64,000 bases of DNA. Origin: Magallana gigas (taxonomy: Eukaryota). This document shows positions 37,195 through 48,553 of this stretch, one piece after another (positions within the stretch are counted from its first letter, which is position 1; each line of letters opens with the position of its first letter). The stretch is taken from positions 46,438,001 to 46,502,000 of the forward strand of contig NC_088859.1 in assembly GCF_963853765.1 (NCBI RefSeq). The letters run 5' to 3'. Under the pieces are notes generated by a model. That model had not been told where the DNA came from, did not search any database, and saw nothing but the letters and a program-made list of their open reading frames with translations. The position numbers were made by a program, and so were the translations under genes.

Positions 37195-40100
37195 TCATTC
37201 CGAACACGTCGAAAACCAAGCTAATGCTATCAGAACTCCCGTTAGAACGGTAAGAGTATGCGCCGATACAGTCATGCTTCCGGAATCCCATGCTGGAAAT
37301 GGGCAGGTTTTCGGAGCTGAAAAATAAATTTATTATTATGATACATGTATATCTTAAATGATACATCTATAAGGCTAAACAAGTGATATGATATATTCAT
37401 GCATTACTTACGACCACAGGTAGTAGTTTGAGATTCTGTTGTTGTCTGTTGTGGTTTGGGATCTGATGTCGACGGAGAGGTTGTTGTTTTTATTGGTGTG
37501 AGATCTGATGTCGACGGAGAGGTTGTTGTTTGTATTGGTGTAGTATCTGATGTCGACGGAGAGGTTGTTGTTTGTATTGGTGTGAGATCTGATGTCGACA
37601 GAGAGGTTGTTTTTATTGGTGTAGGATCTGATGTCGAAGGAGAGGTTGTTGTTTGTATTGGTGTGGGATCTGATGTCGAAGGTGCGTTGTCTGTTGTTTG
37701 TATTGGTGTGGGGTCTGATGTCGACGGAGAGGTTGTTGTTTTTATTGGTGTGGGATCTGATGTCGACGGAGAGGTTGTTGTTTTTATTGGTGTGGGGTCT
37801 GATGTCGACGGAGAGGTTGTTGTTTTTATTGGTGTGGGGTCTGATGTCGACGGAGAGGTTGTTGTTTTTATTGGTGTGGGGTCTGATGTCGTCGGAGAGG
37901 TTGTTGTTTTTATTGGTGTGGGATCTGATGTCGACGGAGAGGTTGTTGTTTTTATTGGTGCGGGATCTGATGTCGAAGGAGCGTTGGTTGTTGTTTGTTG
38001 CGGGATTTGCGATGACCAAACACCATTAGTAATACCCGAGGGTTGCGTAGTTGTCTGTGCATCAGTTTTAGAGAATGGGTTACCTGTATGCGTGATATGT
38101 GACGTTGTGTCTTTTGTATTGCTGTAAGTGCTGTGGGATTGTGTTGTCTGTTGCCTTGTGCTATCTGAGGTAGCAATAGGAGTTTGTGTTTGTTGCGAAG
38201 ATTGAGCCTGTGTGCTATCTGTGACTGCGATACGGGATTTTGTTGTTGTCTGTTGCTGGATTTGAGATTGTGTGTTGTCTGTACTTGGAATTGAAGTCTT
38301 CGTTGCTAATTGTTGCAGGGTTTGGGACGACAAGCCATTGGTAGTGGTATTTGTAGACTGTGGTGTCACATGTTGCTGGGCCTGAGAACGCGTGCTGTCA
38401 GGTGTTGCAGTGTGGAGGAGTGTTGTAACTTGTTGTTGGGTTGTGGTTGTCAGTGATGTTGGTGTAGTATGTTGATCTGTCTTAAGACTGCCAATTGATG
38501 AAATTAGTTTTGATGAATACGTTGTAATAAGATTTGGTGGGGACGTTTCAACAAATGATAAAGTTTTAGCAGTAGTTGTGAATAGGTCAGTTTTCGGAAA
38601 TAATGTAGACAGAAAATAGGAATTTGTTTGATCAACAGTTGTAGAGAAAGGAGTTAACGATCCCCCTACAGAGGTCATTCTAGCCGCAACTGATGTCATG
38701 TGTTCTGTATTTTGGGGAGTTGTGCCTGTTGTTATTGGACCTAGTGACGTGCAGTCAGATCCGGTAGGGGGCGCTCTGTTCGGTACTGCATAATCCCAGT
38801 TACAGCTGCTTATGACTGTGTCCCAAACAGTTCCCGTATGACACTCGTATGGATAGGGTATTCCATGAGCACATTGATAATATACCTTCATGTCACATTT
38901 ATCCGCATAGAATTGACCGTCAGTACAGGTCGATGGGGCTACAAAAAAAAACGAACAGTTACCGAAAAAAAATTGCATTTGAAAATCTTCTTCACACATA
39001 TAATTCATTAGATACATGTATTCATATTGATATTTGATTACTTAAGCTTCCTTTTGGTTGATAAATTAAAGATCTCCGATCCTCAGCAATGTTCGATAAC
39101 TCTACATTATCCGGATTTTTTATTCGTTATACTTTTAATATTTCACTCCGCTCTACAACGAACTGCTTGGCTTAGTGATTCCACCGAGAACCACTAGATA
39201 AACGCAAAGGGGTTCTAGCCACCGATACACCGGTACAATACTTTTTCTCTAATTTGATCTCAACTTGTATATTTATTCCATTATATCCATCGTGGCCTTC
39301 GTAAAATGCATGGATACCATCAAAGAATTTCTTTCTATTTTATTTCATTTATAAAGTTTGAAGAATAAATGAAAAAATACTTTGAGGCTTAGGATCAGAA
39401 AACCTTAATTAAACGTACGGTTTTCAAAGTGGATTTTGGCATCTACAAAAAATGGACGGAATTTTTTTGTTGTTAATATGCGTTGGCGCACTAATACATT
39501 GTTTCATCCAAATTTCTGCAAATGTCCTATGTACCGAAGTGTTTCTAAAATCATTATTCGTTTTATATACTTACGCCCACAACCACAGGGGGTTGGAGAG
39601 GTGAGTACGAGATAGTCCCAGTTGCAGTTCTTGATACGTTCATCCCAGACGGTCCCCGCCGCGCATTGAAACTGATAGGCCACTCCTGACGCACACTGGT
39701 AATAGATCTTCGGGTCGCAACTGTCCCCGTACAGCTGACCGTCAACACACGACTGGGGCGCTGATGAAAAAGAAAAAAACATAAAAATTATTAAACAAAT
39801 AAGCCGGGGAAAAGGGTACCTTTTAGCTATACTTGTATTCATTACCTCCGCATGACACACTAGATGTGACCAGGTCAGTTTTCGGCAGTAGAGTAGATTG
39901 AAATTGGGTTGTTTGATCAAGAGTTGTAGGAAAAGGAGTTAACGGTGGTCCCACAGTAGACAGATTGATATTTGTTGTCAGTTTAGCCGGAGCTAATGTC
40001 GTTTGTTTTGTGTTTTTGAGAGTTGTGCCTGTTGTTATTGGACCTAGTGACGTGCAGTCAGATCCGGTAGGGGGCGCTCTGTTTGGTACTGCATAATCCC

Positions 40101-43100
40101 AGTTACAATTGTTGATGACTGTGTCCCAAACAGTTCCTGTGTTACACTCATACGAATACGGTATTCCATGAGCACACTGATAATAGACCTTCATGTCACA
40201 TTTATCCGCATAGAATTGGCCGTCAGTACAGACCGGTGGGGCTATAAAGCAAAACGAAACATTAGTGGAACCTGGAATTTTTTGTTGTTTTCACCAAAAA
40301 TTCAATTTTTGTGAGATCACAGTAACTTTACTTACGCCCACAACCACAGGGGGTTGGAGAGGTGATTACGAGATAGTCCCAGTTACAGTTCTTGATACGT
40401 TCATCCCAGACGGTCCCCGCCGCGCATTGAAACTGATAGGCCACTCCTGAAGCACACTGGTAGTAGATCTTCGGGTCGCAACTGTCCCCGTACAGCTGAC
40501 CGTCAACACACGGCTGGGGCGCTGAAAAAGATAAGTTACCATACACAATGACAATATAATAAATAAAACATACATTAATTTGTATCAAAAATGAATATTG
40601 TACCTCCGCATGACATAGTCCTAGAGGAAGTGAGAATGTTGGATGCTGTTGTATGTTTTGTTGTCTGTGTTGTAATAAGCTGACTGTTAGTAGATGGTAA
40701 AATGCTTGTGTGAGATACATCATATTGTCTTGTTGTCGTGGAATGTGGAACTGTGGTAGAAGTTGGTTGCGCCGTGATGGACTGACTTGACGTTGGGGGA
40801 ATAGTGGACAGTCTGGAGCGCAATACGTTCATGAGTGGATAAGATCCATCACCACAACGGTTACTGAAATCATCCTGATCAAGAGACCAAACCATTCCAC
40901 CACCGAGGCCTTTGGCTATGATGTAATCAATCTGATTAACAAAGACACAACTTTATAAAATCACTAAAAACTGAACAAGCAGAAACAATTGACAAAGTCT
41001 CTCTATATGTATGTGTATTTTATCACCAATTTACTAATCGTACCTTTACATTAAAACTTTCAGCGTCATCATAACCTATCCACTGATTGCCGGAATAAGC
41101 ATATGGAACTTGATGTTCACTGTGCCACTCTCGCGTCCATCCGTTGAATTTCAAATTATAGCACACCTGAAAAGTTCATTGACAGGAAATAAATCTTCTC
41201 CAAAAGCATACATATAAACTAAACACGCATGTCTGTGAAATTGTGTACCTCGTAAAAAGCGAGTAATCCTGCCTCTCCGGTGTAAGGTCCAGCACTTCCG
41301 GCGCCGGCAGCAGGTGCCCCGATAAAGGTATTGCTAGAGCTAGACAGTGTGAAGGACCTACCGTACAGACCTAGTCCTAGTACTAGCTTATGTGGAGGCG
41401 CTCCCAGGGATATCCAGTAATTGACACTGTAATCCTTCGAAGTTCAGGAAGAGAAATACACTTTTAGATAAAGATTTTAGTAAAACAAAAATTCATAACC
41501 CATGTAAAATGAGAATCCACCATCACTTTTGAAAAACCGTACCACATTCATTGATGCTGCCGTTCCCACTTCACCAGAACGGCCGTAGAGAGCGCTGTGG
41601 TGTCCAGTGGTCACCTCCCAACTTCCATGAAGATCGTAGCTCATTAGATTGATGAAATCCAAATCCCTGAAATACGGTATACAAAATGTACATTGATAGA
41701 CAAACAAATCAGCACAGGCGAACTTAAAATCAAATATATTCCATTTTGAATCAGCTTACTTGGAAATGAGATCAACCTCATAAGCGTTATCGATGGTGCT
41801 TTTTCCAGCGGCCACCGCTGCCGTCAACAACATGGGGGGTCTGCTGTTTACTGCACCTTCGTCGTTAAAGACTTGTCGAAGTTTCTGAAACGGTACAATT
41901 AATTTACACAATCCACCAATAATAAACAGCTTTAAATCAGTTTGATTGCATATTAACTTTAGTGCCGACCTGCACTAGAGATGTGAAGCGCTGCTTGTCC
42001 TCCGGGGGACTACCATTACCACCAGGGTATTCCCAATCCAAGTCCAGGCCATCAAATTTGTAGGTTTTCAGATACTCTAGCGTGTTAGCAGCGAAGGCGG
42101 CTATGTTGTTAGGGTCAACTACCACAGCTGTGAAGGGTGCAGTTCCGTGGGTCCATCCGCCGATAGCCAGCAAGATTTTTAGGTTAGGATTCAACGTACG
42201 CAGATTCATTATCCTTTCGTATTGGCCTGAAGCAAGAATAGTGAACTGCTGAATTTCTGATAAATGTTTGTTTCTAAATAACATAAACTACACTGTTGAA
42301 ACACAATCAAAGCAAAGACAAGTTAAGTCTTGCCTATTTACCTCCAGCGCCCTTGTCGTTCCATTCGTAAGCATCTATTGTGTTTCCTACAACTTTTCCG
42401 AAAGCGTACATGATATGGGTGCACAGGAAAGGGTCAACATTCTCGGCCGTGAACGTCATGGGCGCCGTGCGATACTGTGCCCAGTTTGTAAAGTAGCACA
42501 CTCGTTTGTAGGGCTGTACATCTAATTAAAGTACGTACATTAAAAATGTGTTTAGGTAATTCATTGTTTGCTATATCATTTGCTATACTTGATACGTTGA
42601 TGATAATCATTTACACAAAAATTTTAACAATAAAAAAAAACTCATTAATGATAATTTTTCTTTAAAAAATTTACTCACATTATAAAGAGAGAGTATTTTG
42701 GTTTTAACAAGTGTAATGGCTGTATTTCATTATTATTTTTTATTTTTGCCTTGTGAGGATGCAATATTCAATATACATGTACATGTATTATTCTATTTTT
42801 TAAGTTCAAAATATATTGAGCTATGTCTAACATTTGTTTAATATATTGGTAAAGAAAGAATATTAAAGAGAGGAAATTTAGAGTTCTTATATCGATGCAT
42901 TACATGTATGTAATTGAACATCTATGAACCCAATGAAATATTTAAGAAACAGTACATATTCTATTCTACACATGTATTTAGATATTCTATTCTATACCTC
43001 TGATCAGCACGACAAGGACAATTCCCAGAAAAGACAGTCGTTTCTGTTGGAAATAGGAAACAATCAAATTGTCAACAAATAATTTATAAACAATGTTTGG

Positions 43101-45466
43101 TCAATGTTTTGTCAGGGAAATTCTAACAACTGTCCAGCAGCTTTCATATCTGATACTGTATGTATTAATTATCATTCTAAAAGTCATTCACAGCATCAAA
43201 CAGTATTGTATCTGCTGGATGAGAGAAAACAATGACTCTTTTATACTGCAGATAAATATGCAAGTACTATGAACTGAGACAGTGAAAGACTACCTGGTGT
43301 CAGAAAACGGTCAACCGTCAAGTGTCTTTGTCGCCTGATGTACTGACAAACCAGGACTTACAAAAACTAAACATCATATTTATCTACATATGTTAAATTA
43401 TATTATATTGACACAAAATTCCGATAAAGGATATGTATGATGTAACAATAAGGATGCAAACATTGACATGGCGTACCATGTATATTTGGTGTACTACACA
43501 TATGGATACTAGCTATCTTTTGAAAATAATTTTTTATGGTCATACAGTCAAGCCAACAGCTAGAGACCATCTGTTTGCTTTAATATTTACATTCTACTGT
43601 GTTTTTTAATTAAATTCTGTGATGTTTTTAAAAATGCCTGTAAATGCAACACCTATTCACTGCGTATGAATATACGAGTAATTTACATAAGTAGTTCTCA
43701 AACAGTGATTTCTATGTTATCGTTTAAAAAAGGTATTTCATGAATGTTGTCAAAACACCATGTTTTATAATTATTCAACAAAAAATTTGACTTTATTCTT
43801 AAAAGCAACATTTCAAGAGTTATTTATCGTGGATTATATTTTTATGCTCGTGGATCTCATCTCAACAGTCTATGTGAAAACCAGTTTAAACCGGTTTTAC
43901 AAAACAGCTGTTCTTGCTGTTACTTATTCACTCCCTCCGTGATCTGCACTTTATATCGATTTATTTAAGTAAATAATTGATTTCTTCAGTAAGGGAATGT
44001 AAATATAAGCATTGAATGATTTATTTTTGACGTCGTCGTGTCAATAACTGCCGTCAGGTGAGCAGACAAATTATCATAACGCGCTAACGCGCGTTATTCA
44101 ATTTGTCTGCTCACCTGACGGCAGTTATTGACACGACGACGTCAAAAATAAATCATTCAATGCTATAGTATATGCTTTTAACTCTTTACTTTTTATTATT
44201 ATTATTAAGGGTTTATTCAAAAATGGCGAAATTATATACATGTAGTTAAATTATTTAAGAATCAAAAGTTGTTTGCCTGAATAGTTTGATTCACTTTTTG
44301 CAAAATATTTTTTTTTGAAAAATGAATTAACATTGATTGTGAATTACAACTTATTTATAGGTATTCGTCTGTGTCTTGATTTTACGAGCGCTGTATCTTA
44401 AGTGTGACTTATGAAAAAAATGGAGCATAACCATATGCAGCACTTTTAAAAATGATGAATATGCACACAACGATAAAAGCATTATTACGAGGGAAGCTTT
44501 TTTTTCTGGCTAATGTTCCCATTGCAGAATAAGTAAATCTTCATATATATTCCAGCACTGTAAAACCGATCTTATTCATCAAATAAAAATATAATTTTTC
44601 TTCATCCATACTTCAGAAAACGGACCAAAATAACAAACATGTTTTGCCACTTTGCCTCTAGAGACCTTGAATCAAAGAAATTGATTTCCTTTTGTCAGTA
44701 AAATCAAACTGAATTTTTCTGCAATGCTAACAATTCAAAGAATATATTTTACTAACGTCTTAATTTGAAAATCTGTGACATGCTTTTTGAAAGCGATTGT
44801 TGAATCATCGCATTAACGTCTTTTGATAAAACATTTAAATTTAAGTGATTAAAAACTGTTGACGAGCTGTCGGTCAGTATTGAAGGTTCATATAGGTCAA
44901 AAAATAATTATGTGATTTTTTTTATCAAAATGTTACGCGCTTTAACTTCATAAATAGATATCTATAATTTCATACCTATTGTTTTGATTTTTGATATTAC
45001 ATTCAAATATTTCATTTAAAAGTCGAAAAAATTGATTTATTTTCTATTGTTTAAACTTTAAAAAACAATTTCATAAATATCACCAAGGACATGATGTAAG
45101 AAATTGAATTTTTTCATTGACATTATATTTCATTGCAACGTAAAAAAAAACCCCAACAACTGTGACAATTTGCAAATTGAACCTGCAAATACTGTCATTT
45201 AATTGTTTGTGTTTGACCTAATGTTTTCTATGATTTATTAGACGCGATAATATTTTTGTCGATCATACCAAGGCAGTCTATTTGTATATTTCAATAATGA
45301 TTTTGAATCACATTTAATTGGTATGAAACTTAATTTTCATTGTTCGATCACATTTAGTTTGTAATCACCAAACTTATTTTATTTTTAAGTCCAACAAATA
45401 TCAATACTTAAAAGACTTAATTGAATTAAATAAATTGAATTGAATAAAGATACCAACACTTACCAT
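37195..45466 (-). CDS. Secreted GH18 chitinase with four CBM14 (peritrophin-A) domains, Thr/Ser/Pro mucin-like stalk and hydrophobic GPI-like C-terminus (~1262 aa)
   Basis: Fourteen exons: 45466-45464 (ATG only), 43043-42998 (signal peptide), 42521-42342 ([25 protein letters not shown]), 42226-41970 ([17 protein letters not shown] with intact catalytic motif), 41884-41760, 41666-41543 (NLMSYDLHG), 41434-41249, 41166-41044, 40931-40604 ([12 protein letters not shown]), CBM14 exons 40521-40336, 40241-39846, 39760-39575, 38938-37412, terminal exon 37316-37195. Total 3789 nt, in frame. Confidence 0.93.
37430..37990 (-). repeat. Coding 42-bp tandem repeat (~13 copies) encoding [14 protein letters not shown] mucin-like units
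   Basis: The motif tctgatgtcg recurs at 37462, 37504, 37546, 37588, 37627, 37669, 37714, 37756, 37798, 37840, 37882, 37924 and 37966. Confidence 0.95.
43582..44169. mobile_element. Long-hairpin non-autonomous element, copy B (chitinase intron 1)
   Basis: Perfect 65-bp arms 44008-44072 and 44100-44164, same 27-bp centre as copy A (cataacgcgctaacgcgcgtta), and a shared ~65-bp distal end. Confidence 0.8.
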
Positions 45467-45598
45467 GACTGCCGTGGTCGTCTCGTCCAGTGACGACCCC
45501 TAGCAGTGATCAACAGTTAAATAGGCCGCAAACGACGAACATAGTAAAATTAAATATAACCTTCGTAGTATTTTGTTTAAAATTGTGTTCGTGTTGCT

Positions 45599-45601
<3 letters not shown>

Positions 45602-45654
<53 letters not shown>
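45602..45654 (+). repeat. (GA)n microsatellite
   Basis: Uninterrupted gagaga run upstream of the chitinase first exon. Confidence 0.98.
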
Positions 45655-45659
<5 letters not shown>

Positions 45660-46591
45660 ATCCCGTTAGGGGGAAACTATTAATATTTTTTATATTCCAC
45701 ATCATTTTCCATTTTAAGCACCATAATCATAACAACAACACAACAAATTTTGTTTTTGGTCTTTATTTGATTTAGCATTGAGTTAATAAACACAGTTTTA
45801 TTAAAAAAATGTTGTCTATACAATTAGATTAACCAATTGCATTTCGATAATAATGAAATGAGTTCTTCCTTATTTTCCATGTTTCCAACATTGTGTTACA
45901 CTTAATAATGACTTTTATAAATATTCACACTCTAGTGGAAATCGAATAGTCAAAATTACCTTTTCCCCACCATGGTGTCGAAGTTAAAATCAAATTGAAC
46001 AAAACCCATTTTTCTTCAGTCTCGACTAAAGTACTAATCTTGCAGAGAGAAAATAGTTAGAGTCAAAAATAGGGAGGCAAGAGAATAAACTTCAGCTTGA
46101 CATAGAAGGGTAGAAAGAAAGAAAACATTGAATGCATTTTTCCAGAATTTATACCTTAAGAGTTGGCACAATCAAAACCATCTAGAAAAGGTACCCTCCT
46201 TCATTGATTTTTTTTAACAAACTTGCAGTAAGTGGAAAAGAAAGAAAGTACACACATGCAATAACCCATATGTTTTATTTAGCCTTTCAATTGTACCCAC
46301 TTTAAGTTTCTTTATAAGAACACGAAGGCTAGATCTTGGGATAACGTAGTAACTAGTCATCATAGTGAAGTGTTTGCCTAGCATCACCTCGGAGGTAAGA
46401 TATCGGTATTGTTTTAATTAATTTAACCACTCAAAAGTTATTATAGTTGGTAAAACATCGGACCCTATTTGTTACGACCAACACGGAGCTGTAGTAAAGA
46501 GATTCAATTCTACTCTTATATAATACAGGGGAAGTCATGCAGAGGAACTGGAGGATGTAATTTGGGAGCAGTGGTAGCTTAATATTTGTTT

Positions 46592-47452
46592 AAACTCACC
46601 TAGTGAGCTTTTCTGATTACACTTTGTCAGTCTGTCTGTCTCTCCCTCTGTCCTTAAACTTTTTTTTTTACTTTTTCGACTTCTTCTTCAGAACCATTTG
46701 GCCGATTTAAAGAAAACTTGGCACAACACATTACTGGGTAAAGGGGATTCAAGTTTGTTATGTGAAGGCTCACGCCCTATTTCAAGTGGGGAACATTAAA
46801 ACTTGTTGGGTATTTTTCAAAAATCTTTTTCTCAAAAACCTGTTGACCACAAAAGTTGTAACTATTGGTGTGGAAGAATCCTCAGGGTGGGCCCACAATA
46901 GGGGAGGGGGTCTAATTTTAACATATGAATATATAGATAAAAATCTTTAAAAAACTGACAAGAAAAGCTGGTTTACTTGTGTGAAAGCATCCTCAGATAA
47001 AGTAGATTCAAGTTTGTTCAAATCATCATTCCTGGGGGGGGGGGGGGGGGGGGGGGGACTACAATGGGGGGTCGAATTTTTTTTCATATTGTAATATATG
47101 AAGAAATATCTTTCAAAATATTCTTCTAAAAACCATTTGCTTAGAAAAGATGTACCCTTAGTGATAACTTCCTTAGATAGCGTAGATTTCGGTTTGTAAA
47201 AATCGTGATCTTCGGGCGTAGGGAGGGGCCACATTGGGTAAGGGGTCTAATTTTACAAAGATTTTTTTTATATAATTCTAAAAAATTCAAATGTTATTGC
47301 ATTATAGATTATATGCAACATATTGACATATTGTTGATTCTTATTTTTTTTAGACTGTGGACAATTGTTAGGTATATGACTCCATATAAATGCTGATTTT
47401 ATTATGGCTATCTTTGTTTAGGTGAACGGTGTTGCCCATCGGCCTCTTGTTT
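46592..47452 (+). mobile_element. Degenerate Helentron-associated (HINE-like) element
   Basis: aactcacctagtgagc, (gtct)n tract, satellite-like core, 3' ttaggtgaacggtgttgcccatcggcctcttgtt; related to 9961-11220. Confidence 0.55.
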
Positions 47453-48377
47453 TAAAGACTGTATATACCTGAACCACGAATCAGATAATTATAGTACGTA
47501 CAAGCAGTCGCTTAGAAAAGGAAGGGGTATTTCCTTTCACATTTATAAAAGGATGTGAAATGAATATTGAAGCAAGCTGTAGAGAAAAAGTCTTTAGTTT
47601 ATAAGTCACTCTGTATAACTTTTTCTGGCCATTATTTTCCGTTGTCCTACATCGGCCGTAAACTTAAATTTCAATTATTATCTATTTTTTTTTTCAGAAA
47701 CGACCAAGTCAGCTCTAATCAAATGTGTAGAGAAGTATCCGTATTACTCTTTTTGTATTTATTTGTAATTGAAGTAATTAGATACCTAGATACATAGGTC
47801 CTAGTTAACACTCTTGATGTTTGAGAGTTGGGAGCTTGTCATTGATTTTTTTTTTTGGATGACAGGAAGTGCTTCATCTATCTTAATTTGAAAAAAAAGG
47901 AATGTTTAAAAAAATCTCTGTAAACCACACAAACAAGTAAGCTGATAGCAATGTCAATAGAAAGAACAGGTAATGAATAAATAGAGAGTGGCTGTATATG
48001 CACAGTGTCGGTAATACACCATATTTAAGGTTGATTTGTGGACCAGGTAAGTGATTTAATTCTAAACGAAGATCCGGCGTAAAGAAACAAAACTCCAAAT
48101 TAAAATATTTCTATTGTTCATGTTTTTGATGTTTTCTTATGTTTCATATTAGTGATCAAATCCATCATGTGTGAATCTAACGGGGAGGTCAGGGGGTCCA
48201 GACCCCCCTCCCCTGCAAAATTCAGATTTCTTTAAATTACATTATAAGATTAAGATTACCTGCCCCCAAAAATAAAAATGCCTGGGACACACCCCCCAGA
48301 AAAATTTATTTGAAACATTGCTTATATACATGTATTTTTTTTTTTTTTGGTTATTTTCTATTTTTACTAATTTACTC

Positions 48378-48553
48378 GAAGGAGCGATAGTAGCATCGCT
48401 CCTTCGCCTTCGCATCTTCGCACTTTCGCCATCGCATCTTCGTGCTTCGCCGTCGCACCTTCGCCTTCGCACTTTCACCTTCGCAACTTCGCACTCTCGC
48501 ATCTTCGCCTTAAAAACGAAAGTGCGAAGATCGAAGTGGCCCCATCGGAACAC
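48378..48553. repeat. TTCGC/CGAAG-rich low-complexity repeat, probably a transposon fragment
   Basis: Repeated cttcgc/atcgc units; local palindrome gaaggagcgat...atcgctccttc. Confidence 0.6.

Noticed and set aside
27820-37990. Possibility that the regular repeats are CRISPR arrays
   Set aside because: The repeats are head-to-tail with no unique spacers, there are no cas genes, and the context is eukaryotic.
37408-38176. Long overlapping ORFs (203, 223, 132 and 74 aa) on both strands
   Set aside because: Alternative frames of the 42-bp chitinase mucin repeat, which stay open because the unit lacks stops in those frames.
44076-44097. Resemblance of ATAAC...GTTAT at the hairpin centre to loxP outer arms
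   Set aside because: Only 5 bp per side and much shorter than loxP, so not evidence of a Cre-type site on its own.
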